The notes beneath the pieces were generated by a model, which saw only the letters and a list, made by a program, of their open reading frames with translations, was not told where the DNA came from and did no database searches. The position numbers and the translations under genes were made by a program. From Azolla caroliniana (taxonomy: Eukaryota > Plantae > Polypodiophyta), in contig JBHGNT010000013.1 in the NCBI GenBank assembly GCA_043228905.1, forward strand, positions 5,332,001 to 5,396,000: a DNA stretch of 64,000 bases. Reading direction: 5' to 3'. Positions 32,600-47,109 of the stretch are shown in pieces. Each line of letters starts with the position of its first letter. Position 1 is the first letter of the stretch.

Positions 32600-35500
32600 C
32601 GGACTATTGAAGCGTGGGGCACAAATAGTCCGAGCAATCATAAGTCCCCACAAGGAAGTGAAATAAGTGGATCGCAAGGAGAAGCAACATGTGTGACACC
32701 TAGTGGCGCATGTAAACTAACAGTACTCAACAAGAAGGACAAGCGTAAGATACAAGACTTCGAGAAGATGCTGAAAGAAGAAAGCATAATCGAAGAAGAA
32801 GAATTCGTGTCTCATATTCTAGAGGAAGCCTCATTTAACGACACCATCGGTGAAATCGCGGAAGTCGTGGACTTGAGCTACCCTCACGATCAAAATGTGA
32901 TTTCGGTTAACTCCGTCAACATGTACGCTATCATCGATGAATATCATCGAGGCATCTTGATGGGGGAAGCTGAAGTCAATACAAAATATAAAACGGTGGA
33001 TAAGAAGATCAAGCCAGTTGCGGTTCCGCTACTGGAAGATAGCTGGCAGAAGATGAAAGAAGTTACCAATGATCCGAGCTTAAGGGATCCAGAGGCAATA
33101 GGTCATGTCTTCACCAAAGAGACGAAAGGAAAGCTACAAGTTGGAAGGGAAGATTTCCTTCTCCCCGAAGAGGAGAGAATGTTCCGCGGAATGCTTGAGA
33201 GACATGGGAAAGCCTTTGCCTTCTCTCCACAAGAGATCGGATGTGCCGACCCGAAGATGATATAGCTGATGGTGATATTTACAGTGCCACATGTACCTTG
33301 GAACCTCAAGCCGATACCGGTTCCAAGAGCTCACATTCCAAAGTTGATTGAGCTTCTAAAGGAAAACGTTAGGATGGGAATTCTTGAGCCATCCAATGCT
33401 CCCTACTCTAATAGATGGTTTACGGTGCCGAAGAAGAACGGGTCCTTACACTTTATACAAGATCTCCAACCCGTCAACAAGGTGACGATCCGAAATGCCG
33501 GAATTGGTCCAAGCGTGGATGAATTCGCCGAAGCCTTCGCGGGAAGATCGATCTATTCCATTGGCGATCTCTACTCGGGGTATGATCAATTTCAATTGGC
33601 CGTCGATAGTAGAGACATAACAACAATGAGGACGCCGATCGGGTTGGTAAGGATGTGCACCTTACCCCAAGGTGCAACAAATTCCGTAGCCCACATGGTG
33701 AATGCCATGAATAAAGTGTTGAGGGATTGCATCCCCGATATCACAATGCCCTTCTTAGATGACATTCCAATCAAAGGATGCTTGATGGAAGAGAAAGATG
33801 AATCGAAAGATGAAGATGGTTGTCGAAGTTTCGTCATCGATCATATAAAGGATAGCGAGAAGGTGTTGCAAAAGCTTGAGGATGCGAATCTCACGCTTTC
33901 GGGAGAGAAGTCTACATTCGGTCAACCAGAAATATTGGTAGTAGGACACTTATGTGGGTCTTATGGCGGGAAACCATCTCCATCCAAGGTGAACGCGATT
34001 CAAGAGATGAAAGAAGAATGTGTGTCTCAAACGGAGTTACGTAGATTCGTGGGAGCATGTGCATTCTATCACGTATGGATTCCACATTATGCCCATGTCG
34101 CTGAACCATTGTATGGACTATTAAAGAAAAGGAAGAAGTTCGAATGGGAAGATGAGCATACCTACGCGATTCGAAAGCTAAAGAAACTATTATTGGAAGC
34201 TCCAACACTGCGCAAAGCCGACTACACCGATGGTACCCTGATATATGTGACGGTGGATACGAGCCCAACTAGAATTGGATGGGTGATAAACCAAGAAGAC
34301 AAAGAAAAGAATCGGTATGCAATCCGATTCGGTGCGAAGGTGTTAACCGAAAGACAAAGGAAGTATGCTCAAGTAAAGAGAGAGCTTTGGGGAATAGTAT
34401 CCGCGGTTAAAATCGACCGTGACTACCTTATAGGAACAGAGGTTATAATCGAAACCGACTGTCTACCTATTCTCGGAATGATATCCGGTTGTGCTACACC
34501 GGATATTGCTATGCTACGATGGATTGCCTATATCAAGTCCCTCAACCCCGAGATTCGGCATATAAATGGAAAGCATAATGTGGTGGCCGATATGTTGTCA
34601 AGGGCGAGGTATGAGGGTGAAGAAGATTTGCACTCCGACGAAGAGGATGTTGGCCTAAACTTCTTTACGGTTTCTTGTGCTCGGGTGCTAGCAGTGTTCA
34701 AAGTAGAAGATTATGAGGGTGAATTCATCGAAATTGGCAAATACTTAAGCTCTCTTACAAAAGATGAATCATGGTCAAAGGAAGACTTCTACCGAATTAG
34801 GAAGAAGGCCTACAAGTTCTTCCTCAAAGAAGGACATCTATGGAAGTTTCTGAAGAAAAATAATGGAACTCCACTTCGAGTGGTGTGCAAGAAACAGGAT
34901 CAACAAACACTAATTGTTGAAATTCATGATAGTGTGTGGGCAGGTCATCGTGGTATATGGGCAACATTTGCAAAGCTCAAGGAGAAGTATTGGTGGCCGG
35001 GTGTTTACAAAGATGTAGCAAGCTATGTTGAAACATGTGAGCAATGCCAATTATACTCAAATATTCAACATAGGGATGAATTTCATCCGACATATCCATT
35101 ATCAATGCACTATAAGTGGTTGGTAGACATAGTGGTTATGCCAATGGGATTGGGGCAATTGAAATATCTCGTGCTAGCAAGAGAGGATCTCACCAACCAA
35201 GTAGAAGGACGAGCGTTAAGGAATAAAACAACTTCAGCGGTGTGTAGGTTTCTCCTTGAAGATGTTATTTGTCGATACGGATGTGTCGGCAAAGTAGTGG
35301 TCGATAGAGGAGAATTAGATGTGAATGAAGCTAAAGAGTTCTTTTCAAGAATAGGCGTCAAATTATCACTCACCATGGCATACAACCCGGACGCAAATGG
35401 GAAGGTGGAACGAGGACATAGTCCAATTGTAAAAGCTCTAGCAAAGGCTTGCGACGGTAAGATGGGAAATTGGCCACGATTACTACCTTATGCATTGTGG

Positions 35501-37385
35501 GCAGATAGAACTACACATAGCACGACTACAGGATATATGCCCGCCGAACTCATATTAAGACAAAAACCAATAATGCCTATTGAGCAAAGTGTTGCTTCGT
35601 GGACGTCTTCGCCATGGCAAGAGGAAATGAGTCGGGAAGACTTGCTAGCCACAAGGATTCAACAATTAGAACGAAGGCCCGAAGATGTCGAGTTGGCAAT
35701 AGAACGGTTGGAGAATTTTGATAGAAAGCATCATCTTCAACAAAGAAAAATTGAAGAAGGAGATTGGGTTCTTGTCTATGATAGTAGTCTCGATAATCAA
35801 TATAGCACTGCTCGAAAGTTCGCAAAATGATGGTTTGGCCCGTATATGGTCAAGAAAGTAGAAAGCAATGCAACCTATTTTTTAGCGGAGTTGGATGGAA
35901 CTCGACTTGCTTTGCCGATAGCAGGGAAGAGGATCAAGCTCTTTAAGAGAAGAGAAGCCCCAAATCTTGAGATTGAAGATCTAGATGATGTATTCTCGAA
36001 CATCGAGGTTGAAGAAGAGTAATTAAAAAAGAGGAACCTCACCACAATTGGCACATACCAGTGGATGTGCAGGTTTGGTCGGGGTGAATGTCGTGTGGTT
36101 TTTCACACACGATATGAAAACTAGTAAAATAATTATTTACAATTAGCTTAATATATGGATATGGAAAGATAGATGTGTTAAAGAGCTTCATAGCGTATTT
36201 TACTACGCATAAAACGGATAAACAAGTATCAAGTTATGTGAAGTTTGAAGAAAAGAAAAGAAAAGACAAAATTGTGAGATATCCCACATAGATAGGATAA
36301 CATTGGAACCCAGAATATATAAGGGAAAACAAAACATATTCATTCTATCAATGTGTGGAGCATAGGATGTTCAAGGTGACTTGGGCTACACTAAGTGGTG
36401 TGTGCACACTTCGGGCGTACGTGTGTCTACATGGCCGCGTGGACGTTTTCGGAAGTACGCGCGCATGGACGTCTTCGGATGTATGCGCGTGTGCAAGTTC
36501 GAGTGTACGCGTGGACGTTTCAGACGGACACGTATGTGCAAGTTCAGGCGTACACGTGGACGTATGTGCAAGTTCAGGCGTACACGTGGACGTACGCGTG
36601 GACGTTTTGGACGGACGCGTATGTGCGGCGCGGACGAGAGTTTTGTGCGCGGATGCGTATACGGTGCGGGTTGCACGCGCGCGCGCGTGGATGCGTACAC
36701 TATGGCGCGGTTGGGACGTGCGCATGCGTGGATGCGTACACTACTACGTGGTCAAGACTTTTGCGCGTTGACGCATCTACGGTTTGGTTGTGTCATTTGG
36801 CCAAATTATACGGACAATCGCATGCAACCAAAAGCCAAGGCCATGCAACTAAAAGTAAAAAGGCATGCATCTAAAAATGGAAGCATGCGACTAAAAGCAG
36901 AGGCCATGCAACTAAAAATAGAGGCCATCCGACTAAAAGTGGGCATGCAAAGTAACATTGGGGAGGAGGATCAACGAGGAGCTCAATATATGTCCCATTT
37001 TTTCCCTCCTAGTTCTTTTTTTCTTTTTTTTTCCCCTTCTTTCTTCTTCCCTCTTGGATTCGAGAAGAAAATTATCTCACATATTGATATCAAACTCTTA
37101 GCTTTGTTTACTTGAGCTTTCTTGTCAAAAATTATCTCTGGGATTCATATCGGACCACTCCTTGCATGGTTGTTGGCTCCTTTCTTTGAAAAACTAATCT
37201 CTCATTTCCATACCCAACCCATTGTAACATGATTCTGAAATTATAAAGAATTGATTTTCTTTTGCAATAAACTAATGATTTGTCTCTCCCTCTTGTCTCA
37301 TGCTTAAAACTTGCTTGTGTTGTTCATGTTGCTCTAAATCCTTCTAGTCCAGAACCCCGACGGTTCCGTCTCACGATTCGCAACC
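32600..37385 (+). mobile_element. Ty3/gypsy (non-chromovirus) element C: near-intact RT-RNaseH-integrase + PPT + 3' LTR (36089-about 37385); 5' half missing
   Basis: 853-aa ORF 33269-35830 (DLYSGYDQ, FLDD, ADMLSR, H..GH..C..C, NGKVER), followed by GPY. GGGGTGAA precedes TGTCGTG at 36089. The 3' end matches the reverse complement of 63925-63970. Confidence 0.9.
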
Positions 37386-38790
37386 ATCTCGGCTCAGCCA
37401 CTCATTCAGCCCACTTTCCCGAAATGAGACCGGACTCTCTCTTACAGCTCTGATTTCATCACTATGCGGAGGCATTTCGGCCTTACTAGCGTCATCCTCG
37501 GAATTCGGAATAGACTGCATGGGGGTAGGTGGTGAAGGCAAGTACCATGAAGCCGACTCGTCGAGCACGACATCTTGGCTCACTCGGGCTTCTTTCATTT
37601 GGGGGTTATAAGATTTATATTCTTTTTTCTCATCTGAGAAGCCGACCAGGATACACTTTTCGGCTTTGGTGTCTAACTTTCTTCGATTCTCCTTCAACAC
37701 ATGTACATACGCTATGTTGCCGAAAACCCTTAAGTGTGCTAAGTTCAACTTCTTCCCGACGTACGACTCATGTGACGACACTTCTTCATTTGCAGAAGTC
37801 TGATTCTGTAGGTAAATAGCCATTTTCACCGCTTCGGCCCAATAAAATTTCGGCATGTGCTTCTTTTTTAGCATTTCCCTAGCTACTTCTTCGAGTGTCC
37901 GATTCTTCCGCTCGGCCACGTTGTTTTGCTGCGGTGTATATCTGCAAGAGAATTCACGCCGCGAATTCCTTCCTTTCGCAGATAACTCAAGAACTGGTCG
38001 GAGAAGTACTCCTTTCTGCCATCGGTCCTGAGACATTTGATTTTACAGTCTGTCTCCCGTTCGGCCAGGCTCTTCACCTTCAAGAAGCAGGACAAGACTT
38101 CGCTTTTCTTCTCTATTGTGCATGGCCAGGTATGCCGAGTGAAATCGTCGATGAAAGTCACGAAATATCGGCTCCCCCTAAGACTCACCTTCTGTGCCGG
38201 TCCCCATACATCTGAATGGATTAAATCGAGCTTGTTTTGGCTCCGATTTCTTTTATTTGGGAACGGAAGTCGGTGATGCTTCCCTAATTGGCAGGCTTCG
38301 CAGACTTCGCCCTTTCCGCCACTGAATTTCGGCAAGCCGAAAACAATGTTTTTCGTTTGCATCTCTTGAAGCCGTGGGAAGTGGACCTAGCAGAACTGCT
38401 TGTACCATAGGTCGGTATCTGATTCGACCTTTTTCCTTTTCGCAATCATAGTGGTGCCTACATCATTGGTTTTGAGGATGAACATCCTCCCTTCTCGGTG
38501 CCCATGCACGATTATCTTTCCTTCCTCTTCTATGAAGCACCCTGGATGAGTAAATTGAACTTGCGTGCCTTGGTTGACTATCTGTCCGACCAACAACAAT
38601 TTTTTGGTGATTGTCGGCACATACAAGACATTTCTCATGATTCCCTTGTGGTTGACATGGCTGAGAGGGACATCTACAATGTGTTCAATGGGGCAAAGGG
38701 TGTCATCACCAGTTTCGACGACCCTCGACTGCTCCGGCTTTTCCAGAGACGAGAACCACTCCTGCTCCCGAATCCACATATCATACCTCA
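37386..38790 (-). mobile_element. Ty1/copia fragment (protease to integrase/SH3)
   Basis: ETGDD, CEACQLGK, HSDVWGP, RTDGRKEY, AERKNRTL, VVLDES in frameshifted minus ORFs. Confidence 0.88.
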
Positions 38791-39380
38791 GGCTAGCCAA
38801 TGTACATGGGTTAACAAACTAATCGTAGTTGGAGTCGGAATCGTAAAAGGACTAATGGGAGAGGTAGTAGTTGAAATAGTATTTGTGGTCAAGTAAAAAA
38901 ATGGGATAGTTAGTGTAACTGTAGGTTCTTGCCGAACGACAAGTGCATTATCTTGGAAGTGTCTCACAAGTTGTGCATAAAAAGGGACCAACAACACTGT
39001 AACAACATCGGTCTGTTTTGGTTATAAGTAATACAATTTTTGTAGTTAGAGTATATGCTATGTTGTGTACAACTGTTCAATATCTCTATCACGCCGATTA
39101 TATATCTATTTAACCATCAGTCAATCAGAATAGTATTCCATAATCATATTAATTAAGAATGATAAACTAATATATATGTCATATTTTATTACTCTTAAGA
39201 AAGCATTAAGCAAAGCCGACGGTATTCCATCTCCAATCACAACTCGCTTGATAGAACAACTTAGTGATTAGGATGTTCGACCCATTGTGTTGGTCGGCAG
39301 TGACAACACAATATTTTGGCACACCCCATTACATCTATTACAAACAGAGAATAAAGGAGAATCGATGTCGACTAATCAAC

Positions 39381-41240
39381 TGTTGAGAAATAGGTCCCTC
39401 TTAATGGGACAAACACCAAATGGGTCGAGCTCTGGATAGGAGAGAGATGTGAGGCAGATCAGATGTCATCGATCCAAAACTGGATAGGTATTCGGGAAAT
39501 ATGACACATTTGTAAATAGGTTTCAGTGTCATGCCTATTCAGGCTAGTTTTGTAAATAGCTGAAACGTTGTCTAAGCAGAAAGATAACTAGGGCAAACTT
39601 TATGTTGGAACTAGAGAGAGGGAGTTAGAGTGTTCATCATCATTGTATAGTGTGTGTGAGGTCATTGCCTCTGCAACAGATAATATAACGTGAGATATAT
39701 ATATATATATACAGAGCGTCTCTGTTGTAGCCGCCTTCTAGGTGAAGAGGACAAACTCAAGGTCGGTCGGTGCTTGTGCGTTTCCTTTCGTATTATTATT
39801 ATTTTCTCTTCTCATAGTGAACAGTTCAGAGTTCTATGAACTCCCGTGATTTTTCCCTATTAGGGTTTCCATCTTATTAAAATACCTTGTACCTGTATTT
39901 GTTTTTCTATTCTCTGTTGGTTGAAATCTTTGCACCTCTCATACAAGAATTTAGAACCGGTTGGGGCTGGCTTCGACCTTAACAAACTGGTATCAGAGTG
40001 ATGGAAGACTAATTTGTTAGCATGCTCAAACTTACTGGCTCCAACTATTCTGTGTGGAAGTCAAAGATGAGGGACATGTTGGTGTGCAAAGATTTATGTC
40101 TGCCGGTACAATATGGGAAGACCAAGCCCCACAAGATCGATGCATCGACTTTGGAAGTCATGCAACTGAAGGCGGCAACATACATAAGGTGTTTTATATA
40201 AATGAGTCAATAAAACAACTTTGATGATGAAAACAAGGCTGATGTCCTTTGGGAGAAGATCGACATTATGTTCGAGAATAAAAATGTCGTGAACAGGGTC
40301 TCAATTTGTAGGAAGATTGTGAGACTTGAGTATCAAGATGGCTCCAACATGGTGGAGCATGTGAATGCCTTCCAAGGGCTCATCAACCAAACTACCTCTC
40401 TAGAAGTACCTCTAGCCGACGAGGCACTAGCACTACTATTGCGGGGATCCCTTCCGGACAGTTGGGAGACACTCGTTGTCACACTGGGCCTTGCCACCCG
40501 GAAGTGAAGCACTTATCGAGCTTGTTGAATGAGGAAGCTCGTCAGAAGGATTAAAAGGCAACTTCTGACCCAAAGGCCTTAGTCATGGAAGGTGATACCA
40601 ATTGAGAAAGAGGCCGGAATTGGAGTCCCAGGAACTTGGAGAGGCCGGGCACAAGGTCGAAGTCAAGGGGAAGGCCCACGTCCTTCTATTGTGGGAAGCA
40701 AGGGCATTTCTAAAAAAACTTCGGACACTACTAGAAGGATAAGGGGGAAACCGATAGTGTTTAACCGAAGAAGATTGCAGACAGAAAGAACACCTTGGCA
40801 ATCACGACAAGTGAAGAAGAACTGTTGTTCATTAGTGAGCAAAGAGAACTAAATCTTGTCCATGATGAATCGACATGGGTGGTCAATTTGGGTGCATCGT
40901 TTCACCTAACCCCCAACCGAAAGTGCTTCTCATGCTACAAGGCCAGAGACCACGATTTTGTAAAGATCGGAAATGAAGAATCATGCCAATTTGTTGGAAT
41001 AGGAGATGTGTTTCTAGTGACATCGACCGAGTGCGGACTAGTGCTAAAGGATGTTCGACATGTTCCAGAAGTTTGACTGAATCTTATATCAAACGGTTGC
41101 CTGGATGATGAAGGCTACACAGGTAGCATCCGGAACGACGTTATGAAGTTCTGCAAAGGGAGCCTCATTGTGGCTTGAGCCTGGAAAACCAACACACTGT
41201 ATCTTATGCATGTTTGGATATGTTGGGAAGAAGCGAACGT
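39381..41240 (+). mobile_element. Tork-like copia 5' part (LTR 39381-39984, PBS 39988, decayed gag/protease)
   Basis: TGTTGAG...TAACA-aac-TGGTATCAGAG. Gag is homologous to element B (FENKNVVN..LPDSWETL). Confidence 0.85.
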
Positions 41241-44210
41241 TGTCGCGTGGCACGTAACACACGTGCCAAACGTCGCGATGTGCGTGTCACACAAGCGTGG
41301 ACAAGCACCGACCTCTATCCACTAGTGGTTATGGAGGAGATGAATTCACCGTTTTAGGTTGATTGTCGGGTTGTTCTTTGTTGTCGAAGACGCACTCGAA
41401 CTAGAATCAGTGGCGCGGTGGATTGATGTGTAGGCGGTGGTAATGTGGTGGTGTGCAATGTTTAGCGGGCGATGACGACGGTGAAATGATATTTGCCAAT
41501 GCTATTTCCTTCTTGACGAGAATTCCAGAGATAGAGTGAATGGTCACACGCAATGAAATTGTAGTAGCCGAAGTGACACACTAATGTGGTTGTGTGTGTG
41601 TGAGAGAGAGACGGGAATTGAGGAAGTGTTTAAGATAAATAGATAGTTGGATGGAAATTCCAATTCCGGGTTTGAACCCTTGACATCAATGTTGAGAAAC
41701 AAAACAAGTCACCAATAAGATAAGTAGGTTTTTTAATACTAAGATGTTGATTCAATACATAGCTTGATTGATGCATAGATTGATCCCCCTTTTCTATTCC
41801 TTTCTTTCTTATATAGATGCTTCCATGCATATGATGCATGTGAGGGTGTAAGACATGCGTACAATGCATGAGATGCATGCAATGCATGATTTCCATTTGG
41901 TGCTCATGCATCGCATGTGATGCATGATGACCATGTCCCTCATTCAAGCTCTAATGTATTAGCATTTACATGTGCAAAATACAATGATGAAAGTATAACA
42001 AGTAACAACTTAGCCTAATGGTAAGTCAATTGTGTCTTAACTTGGAGGTGCAAGGTTCAAACCTTACTTGCACCCCTTGGTATGCATGAAAATGCTACTA
42101 GGCCTTAGGGGTTCTCATTTCATTCATATTTACAACATGCTAAAGTACAAGTGTAACCATCGCCCCATTCATTCGTGTGCACATTGCACCTTCTCGATTT
42201 TCTTCGTTCCATGTGACTTTCACGACATCCACCCCCAGCAAACCGCACGTGCTCCAGTACGTGCCAAGAATAGAATGTGAGATTTCGGCTACGGTGAACA
42301 ATTAATTTCCTCCATGTCCTCGTTGACCTTGCTCACGTTTGCAGGTTCCGACTTCATTGTAAAGGACCCTCGGCTTGTCTTTTATTGAAGATCTTTTCGC
42401 CATAATGGTTACGGCCAACCTTGATCCGACTATCTCCACGAGGTGGTAGGTGGCGTTGTCATTGGCATGTGTCACCTTCTTGCGAACTTCCTTTCTCGTT
42501 TTGTGTTGGTTGTCAAGGTTGTTGTTGTAGATCAATACCCAACCTCCTTCGATCTTCTTGGGGTGCAGTCGATGCGTCTTGTCGAACCGAATCCAAAAAC
42601 CGGGTGCTTCTTCTTATTAGCCAATCCTTTTCTTTGAGATGGGAAATGGAAACATTGGCAATACAACCTCCTCTGTTTAGTTGAACATCCCACCATCTTG
42701 ATGCATCTTTCCCTTCCTTCCCATGGGTAGTCCACATAATCACTTCTTTCCTTTCTTCTTCATAAGTAATAACCATCCATTTTACCACAATATCATCTTC
42801 TTCGATAACAACCTCAATGTTAATTATACTTACATCATCATTATAGTCATCCTTTGAGTTAACAACATCTTTAGTCACCGAATCATTTATTACGAGATAA
42901 CCATCATATTCAATATCATCTACCCTAAACTCATCCTTCCTGCACACACTCACTGCACCAACATTATCATGATATACATCCCAAACAATCATAACATTTT
43001 CTAGATTATCCTCAATCTTATCAACCTTAATCCTATCCTTTCCAAACATACTCACAACATCAACATCATCATTATACACATCCCAAATAACATTTTCTAG
43101 ATTTTTCTTACTTATACCCTTGTGATAATTAAGTAACCCTACATCTTTATGGACATATTGTTGTAGAACGTCCTCATCATCACAAATCCCTATTCTATTT
43201 TCATAATGGATATCCTCATGAATGTCACCATTTGATTTAGTGAAACTCTTATAAAATCTATCCCGAAGAAAACCAAGGCAACCTAAAACACACAATTCCT
43301 CTTCGTCACTCTCACCCTCATCATTACCCATATCATAACCATATCCACAGAAAGTTCACAAACTTTTATTATCATAACCCTCATTCTTCTCTTGGCACTC
43401 ACTCTCACCATCAATAATAAACTCTCTCTTACTATCATCAAGCCCTAAATCGTGTGTATCGTTATTATCATCACGTTTAAATGTAAAGTTTTCATCTCTT
43501 CCCAAATTCTTCTCTTGTTCGTGACTCTCATTAAACCTATCATAGTTGTCATCAAAATTTTAACCATGAGATTCTTGATCCCAACTACACTCACTGTCAT
43601 GACTTTCGTCGAGTGCTTTTTCATTAACACATCCATGAAGAGCTCGACATTATACTTTTATTGTTTAGGATTTAACTTCCGAGACTCTTTTGGAGGTGTC
43701 GTTGCATTTGTAACCATTAGCTCCCCAATAACATAAGCATGAAGAGCAACAATTAGGTTGTGCTTCATTTGTGTGTCCTTTCGCAACATTTTGGGGCTAC
43801 AACATTCACCCACCAAATTGACTTCATCAACAAGTACTCGTCTAATCCCACTCGAGCTTTCGACATCAAGGAGGAGATTAGTTGAGTCACAATCTTCGTA
43901 CTCAACATTCCGAAGTGGATCGTATGTGAAGCTTTTGCTTAAGTCCATTTTCCCCTTTCCTTCGGCCTTTGCAAATATTACGAGCAAAATTCCATCTTCC
44001 TCGATGTAAACCAAACTTCATTTTACGATTACATAATTCTTTACTTTCGGGTCCACTTGTTTGGTTTCAATCATTTTGCTGGTATTTCCCCCACAGATGA
44101 TTTTGACGTCCCATCACCGCTAGACTCAAAAAGCGGCCTACAAGATTTATCTTGAAGGAAGCTATTACAACCCCTTTTCGTAGGAGACTTGATCTTAATC
44201 TTGAAGGCAG
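41241..44210 (-). mobile_element. Decayed gypsy-family element: 3' LTR 41241-42227, PPT, integrase C-terminal remnant, acidic ORF
   Basis: TGTCGC...CACGACA followed by tccaccccc. Remnant NLDNQH..NDNATYHLVE is homologous to the element C C-terminus. The LTR shares sequence with 1115-2042. Confidence 0.7.
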
Positions 44211-44771
44211 GGAGTTTTGGGCGAGGTTCACAAAAAAAGAGTAAATATTTTTTTATTAGAATGCTTAAGAAACTAAATGTTTAATTATAGGTTAGAATTA
44301 GGTTGGAAAACCCTAAATTTGCCCATATAGATGCATATTATTCCCTTTTTTTACGAATATATGTGTCAGTTTATACAATACAATTCCTTGTATTTTCAAC
44401 GGAAATTTGATCAGTGCATCGAATTCCTATATATTATCATTTGAAAATTAGATTAAAACTACTTAATAATATAAACGCATCTTTAAGGAATCTTTAGGGA
44501 ATCTTTTAAATCGTGTCAAAAAATATATCTAGCAACTTTCGTTCTCTTTTTCATCATGCCTGAGTTGCGTCGAGGTGTTCGAGATGGCGAATACTGAGAC
44601 TACGAGAATGCTTGTTCTCCTAAGCTCTTCAACGCGATAATGACACTAAGAATACGACTTTCCTTGATATAGTATTTATTTAAAAAAATACAATTTTTTT
44701 ATTTTTATGTCGTTGATTAGAAAGAAAATTTACTACTTTTCGCTCATTCCATCCAATCTATCCTCATCAAA

Positions 44772-46640
44772 ATGTCGTCAACGTGGAGTAAAAATTCATT
44801 GTTTTTTGTAGAACCTTTTACATTATCTAATAACTTGTTATTCTCAATCGAGGAATACAACTATCTAAATGTTAAAAGGTGCCAACTTCGAGAGTCAAAC
44901 AATGATATTGGGCAAACATCGAATTCCCTTTTCTTGACTAAGCCAATTAAGTCATGTGGTATCGAAAAAAGTAAAGTTGTTTCAAATAGTGAAAGGGTTG
45001 ATTCGTCTATGGACGAGGACTGCGTCAACCAACCACTTAATTTTAGAAGATTCCTTCGCAAGTGAGTGTCAAAAGATATAATTTTCTATGTTCAGATCAT
45101 CAAATTTCAATTTATATAAGCAAACCATGTTGTGGTAATCTTTATCTTTCAAATATTGGAAAGGAAAACTTGAGGGGATTGCGATATTCCTATTTGTCGC
45201 TTAATGGTGACAAACAAGAAACCTTTTTGGTTTTTACATATGCAACTTGTTGAGGACCAAAAAGCACAACCAAGTTCAATGCATATCGAATATTACCTTG
45301 CACTAAGTATCAAGAGTTGATGAGTTGCTTTCAAAATTGCTTATAGCATTGGTAACATGAGGCTCCAAAGAATTCAAGATCGGTTAGTAAAGGGTTCATG
45401 GGTACCGTTAAAAAATAAAGTATCTATATGTAAGTGTCTAGTTGTTCGCCATGCTGGTCGGTGGATGGAGATATATTTCTCAAAGCAATGTGATGTTATG
45501 CCCACAACTGGAAGATTACATTTGTTAGATAACTTCACTCATCGTGAGGTTTACCAATCATATAAGGATGACATGTTATTAGAAATTGTACCTTATGTAC
45601 AATATCGACTTTCAATCGATTAGGGAGGTTGCATTTTAACAATGTGGTCATACCGTGGAAGGATTGAATGGGTGTTTGTTCTATATGTGCAAGTATAAAA
45701 AGCATGGCAAAGAGTGGGACAACGCTTGAAGAAATAAATAATTATAAGAATTTGTTAAAAGAACATCGAGAAAGTCGAGCTTTGGAAAGAACTAAAGCGA
45801 TGCACCACCATCAAAAAGCACTTCAATCACTGGAAAGGTACCTGTGCCTGATTATAGATGACATGGATCAAAAGAAGAATTGTTTGCCACACTTTCGAAG
45901 ATTGCCGAAGGATATTGGAGATGAATGCGTAGTCCAGATGCAGTTAGTATGTTGTCTATCGTATTGTCAATTAATAAGGCCTCAAGTGTTCCTAGCATCC
46001 ACAACGACCCTAATCTTAGAGTTTCAGTCATGCAAAGATTTTTACAGTCTTGACAACGCAATCTCCCACCGGTACTATACGTGCAACTAAACAACACGTC
46101 AAGAGACAGGGGTATATTCAAAAAGATTAAGGTCAACTTCTTGCAAGTTGGTCACACACGATCATATAGATCAAATGTTTTGTAGGTTCTTGAAGAAATT
46201 AGCAAGATTCGATGCTTAACATCACATGTTGTAGAGGCGAGATGGCAGGGCAATCTGCATGAGTTACAAGTTGGTATGTTTGTTGCAACATTAGATGGGG
46301 GTGATGAGTTGGGTCATCCCTTTTGGATTGGTAAAATCACCGAGATTATTAAGGATGAAGAAGGCAACCAAGTTATCTCCATTGTGGTTCATTGGTATCA
46401 TACCTCTTCCCCAGATGCATTACTAGGAAGTACTCTTTAGAGATGGTTATGGATCTCAGAGGCACAAGTAGAAAGCGGAAAAGAAAGAATCTACCGAGCA
46501 CTTCTATTCTGACACTTGATAATGTAGACATACTAGTGTATGACTTCACCTTGACCAAAACAGGCCACCTTAGACAGACCACAATCAAAATAATAAAAGA
46601 GAAGATCCCAGATGTGCCTCCCGATGCAACACAAAGATGA
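44772..46640 (+). pseudogene. Second, more decayed Sola1-like transposase
   Basis: VMPTTGRLHL, MGVCSICA, IDDMDQKK..LPHFRRLPKD and VYDFTLTKTGHLR are colinear with 6926-4268. Confidence 0.85.
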
Positions 46641-47109
46641 ATAAGGAGTATGTGTCATAATCACAGTGACGTTGGATTGCAACTGGATGAAGACAATGCA
46701 TTAGTTGCTAGTGATAATGAGGATGAGACCTCACAAAGCTCTCCTAGTTCATCAGGTGGGTCTGAAGGGGAAGGCATTGCTTCCAGACGTGATACTTCTG
46801 ATACATGATTTGTAAATATTGTATTTTATATCACGATGTTAATTCTCGAATATATATAAATATAGGAGGTAGTCCTTTTGTAAAATTTGTATGTCATTCT
46901 TTGTAACTTTCGCATATCAATTATTTAGGCTATTTTTGGAATCCCTAAAATTTTGGACATGCTAAAAATCAATATATTTTGGGTCTTTTTTAAAAAAAAA
47001 TTACACATGTGGCACCCCTTTTTAATTTTATGACCTATGTTGTGCCTTTTTTACGGACAGTTCTTAAAACGCAACATATTACCTGTTTCAAATGACCCGC
47101 TGTTGAGGG

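Noticed and set aside
36348-37115. Arg-rich ORFs in several frames
   Set aside because: These are by-products of the GC-rich repeat inside an LTR.
38790-39380. Possible host gene fragment (ORF 38788-38997)
   Set aside because: It is short and low-complexity, with no recognisable motif or exon structure.
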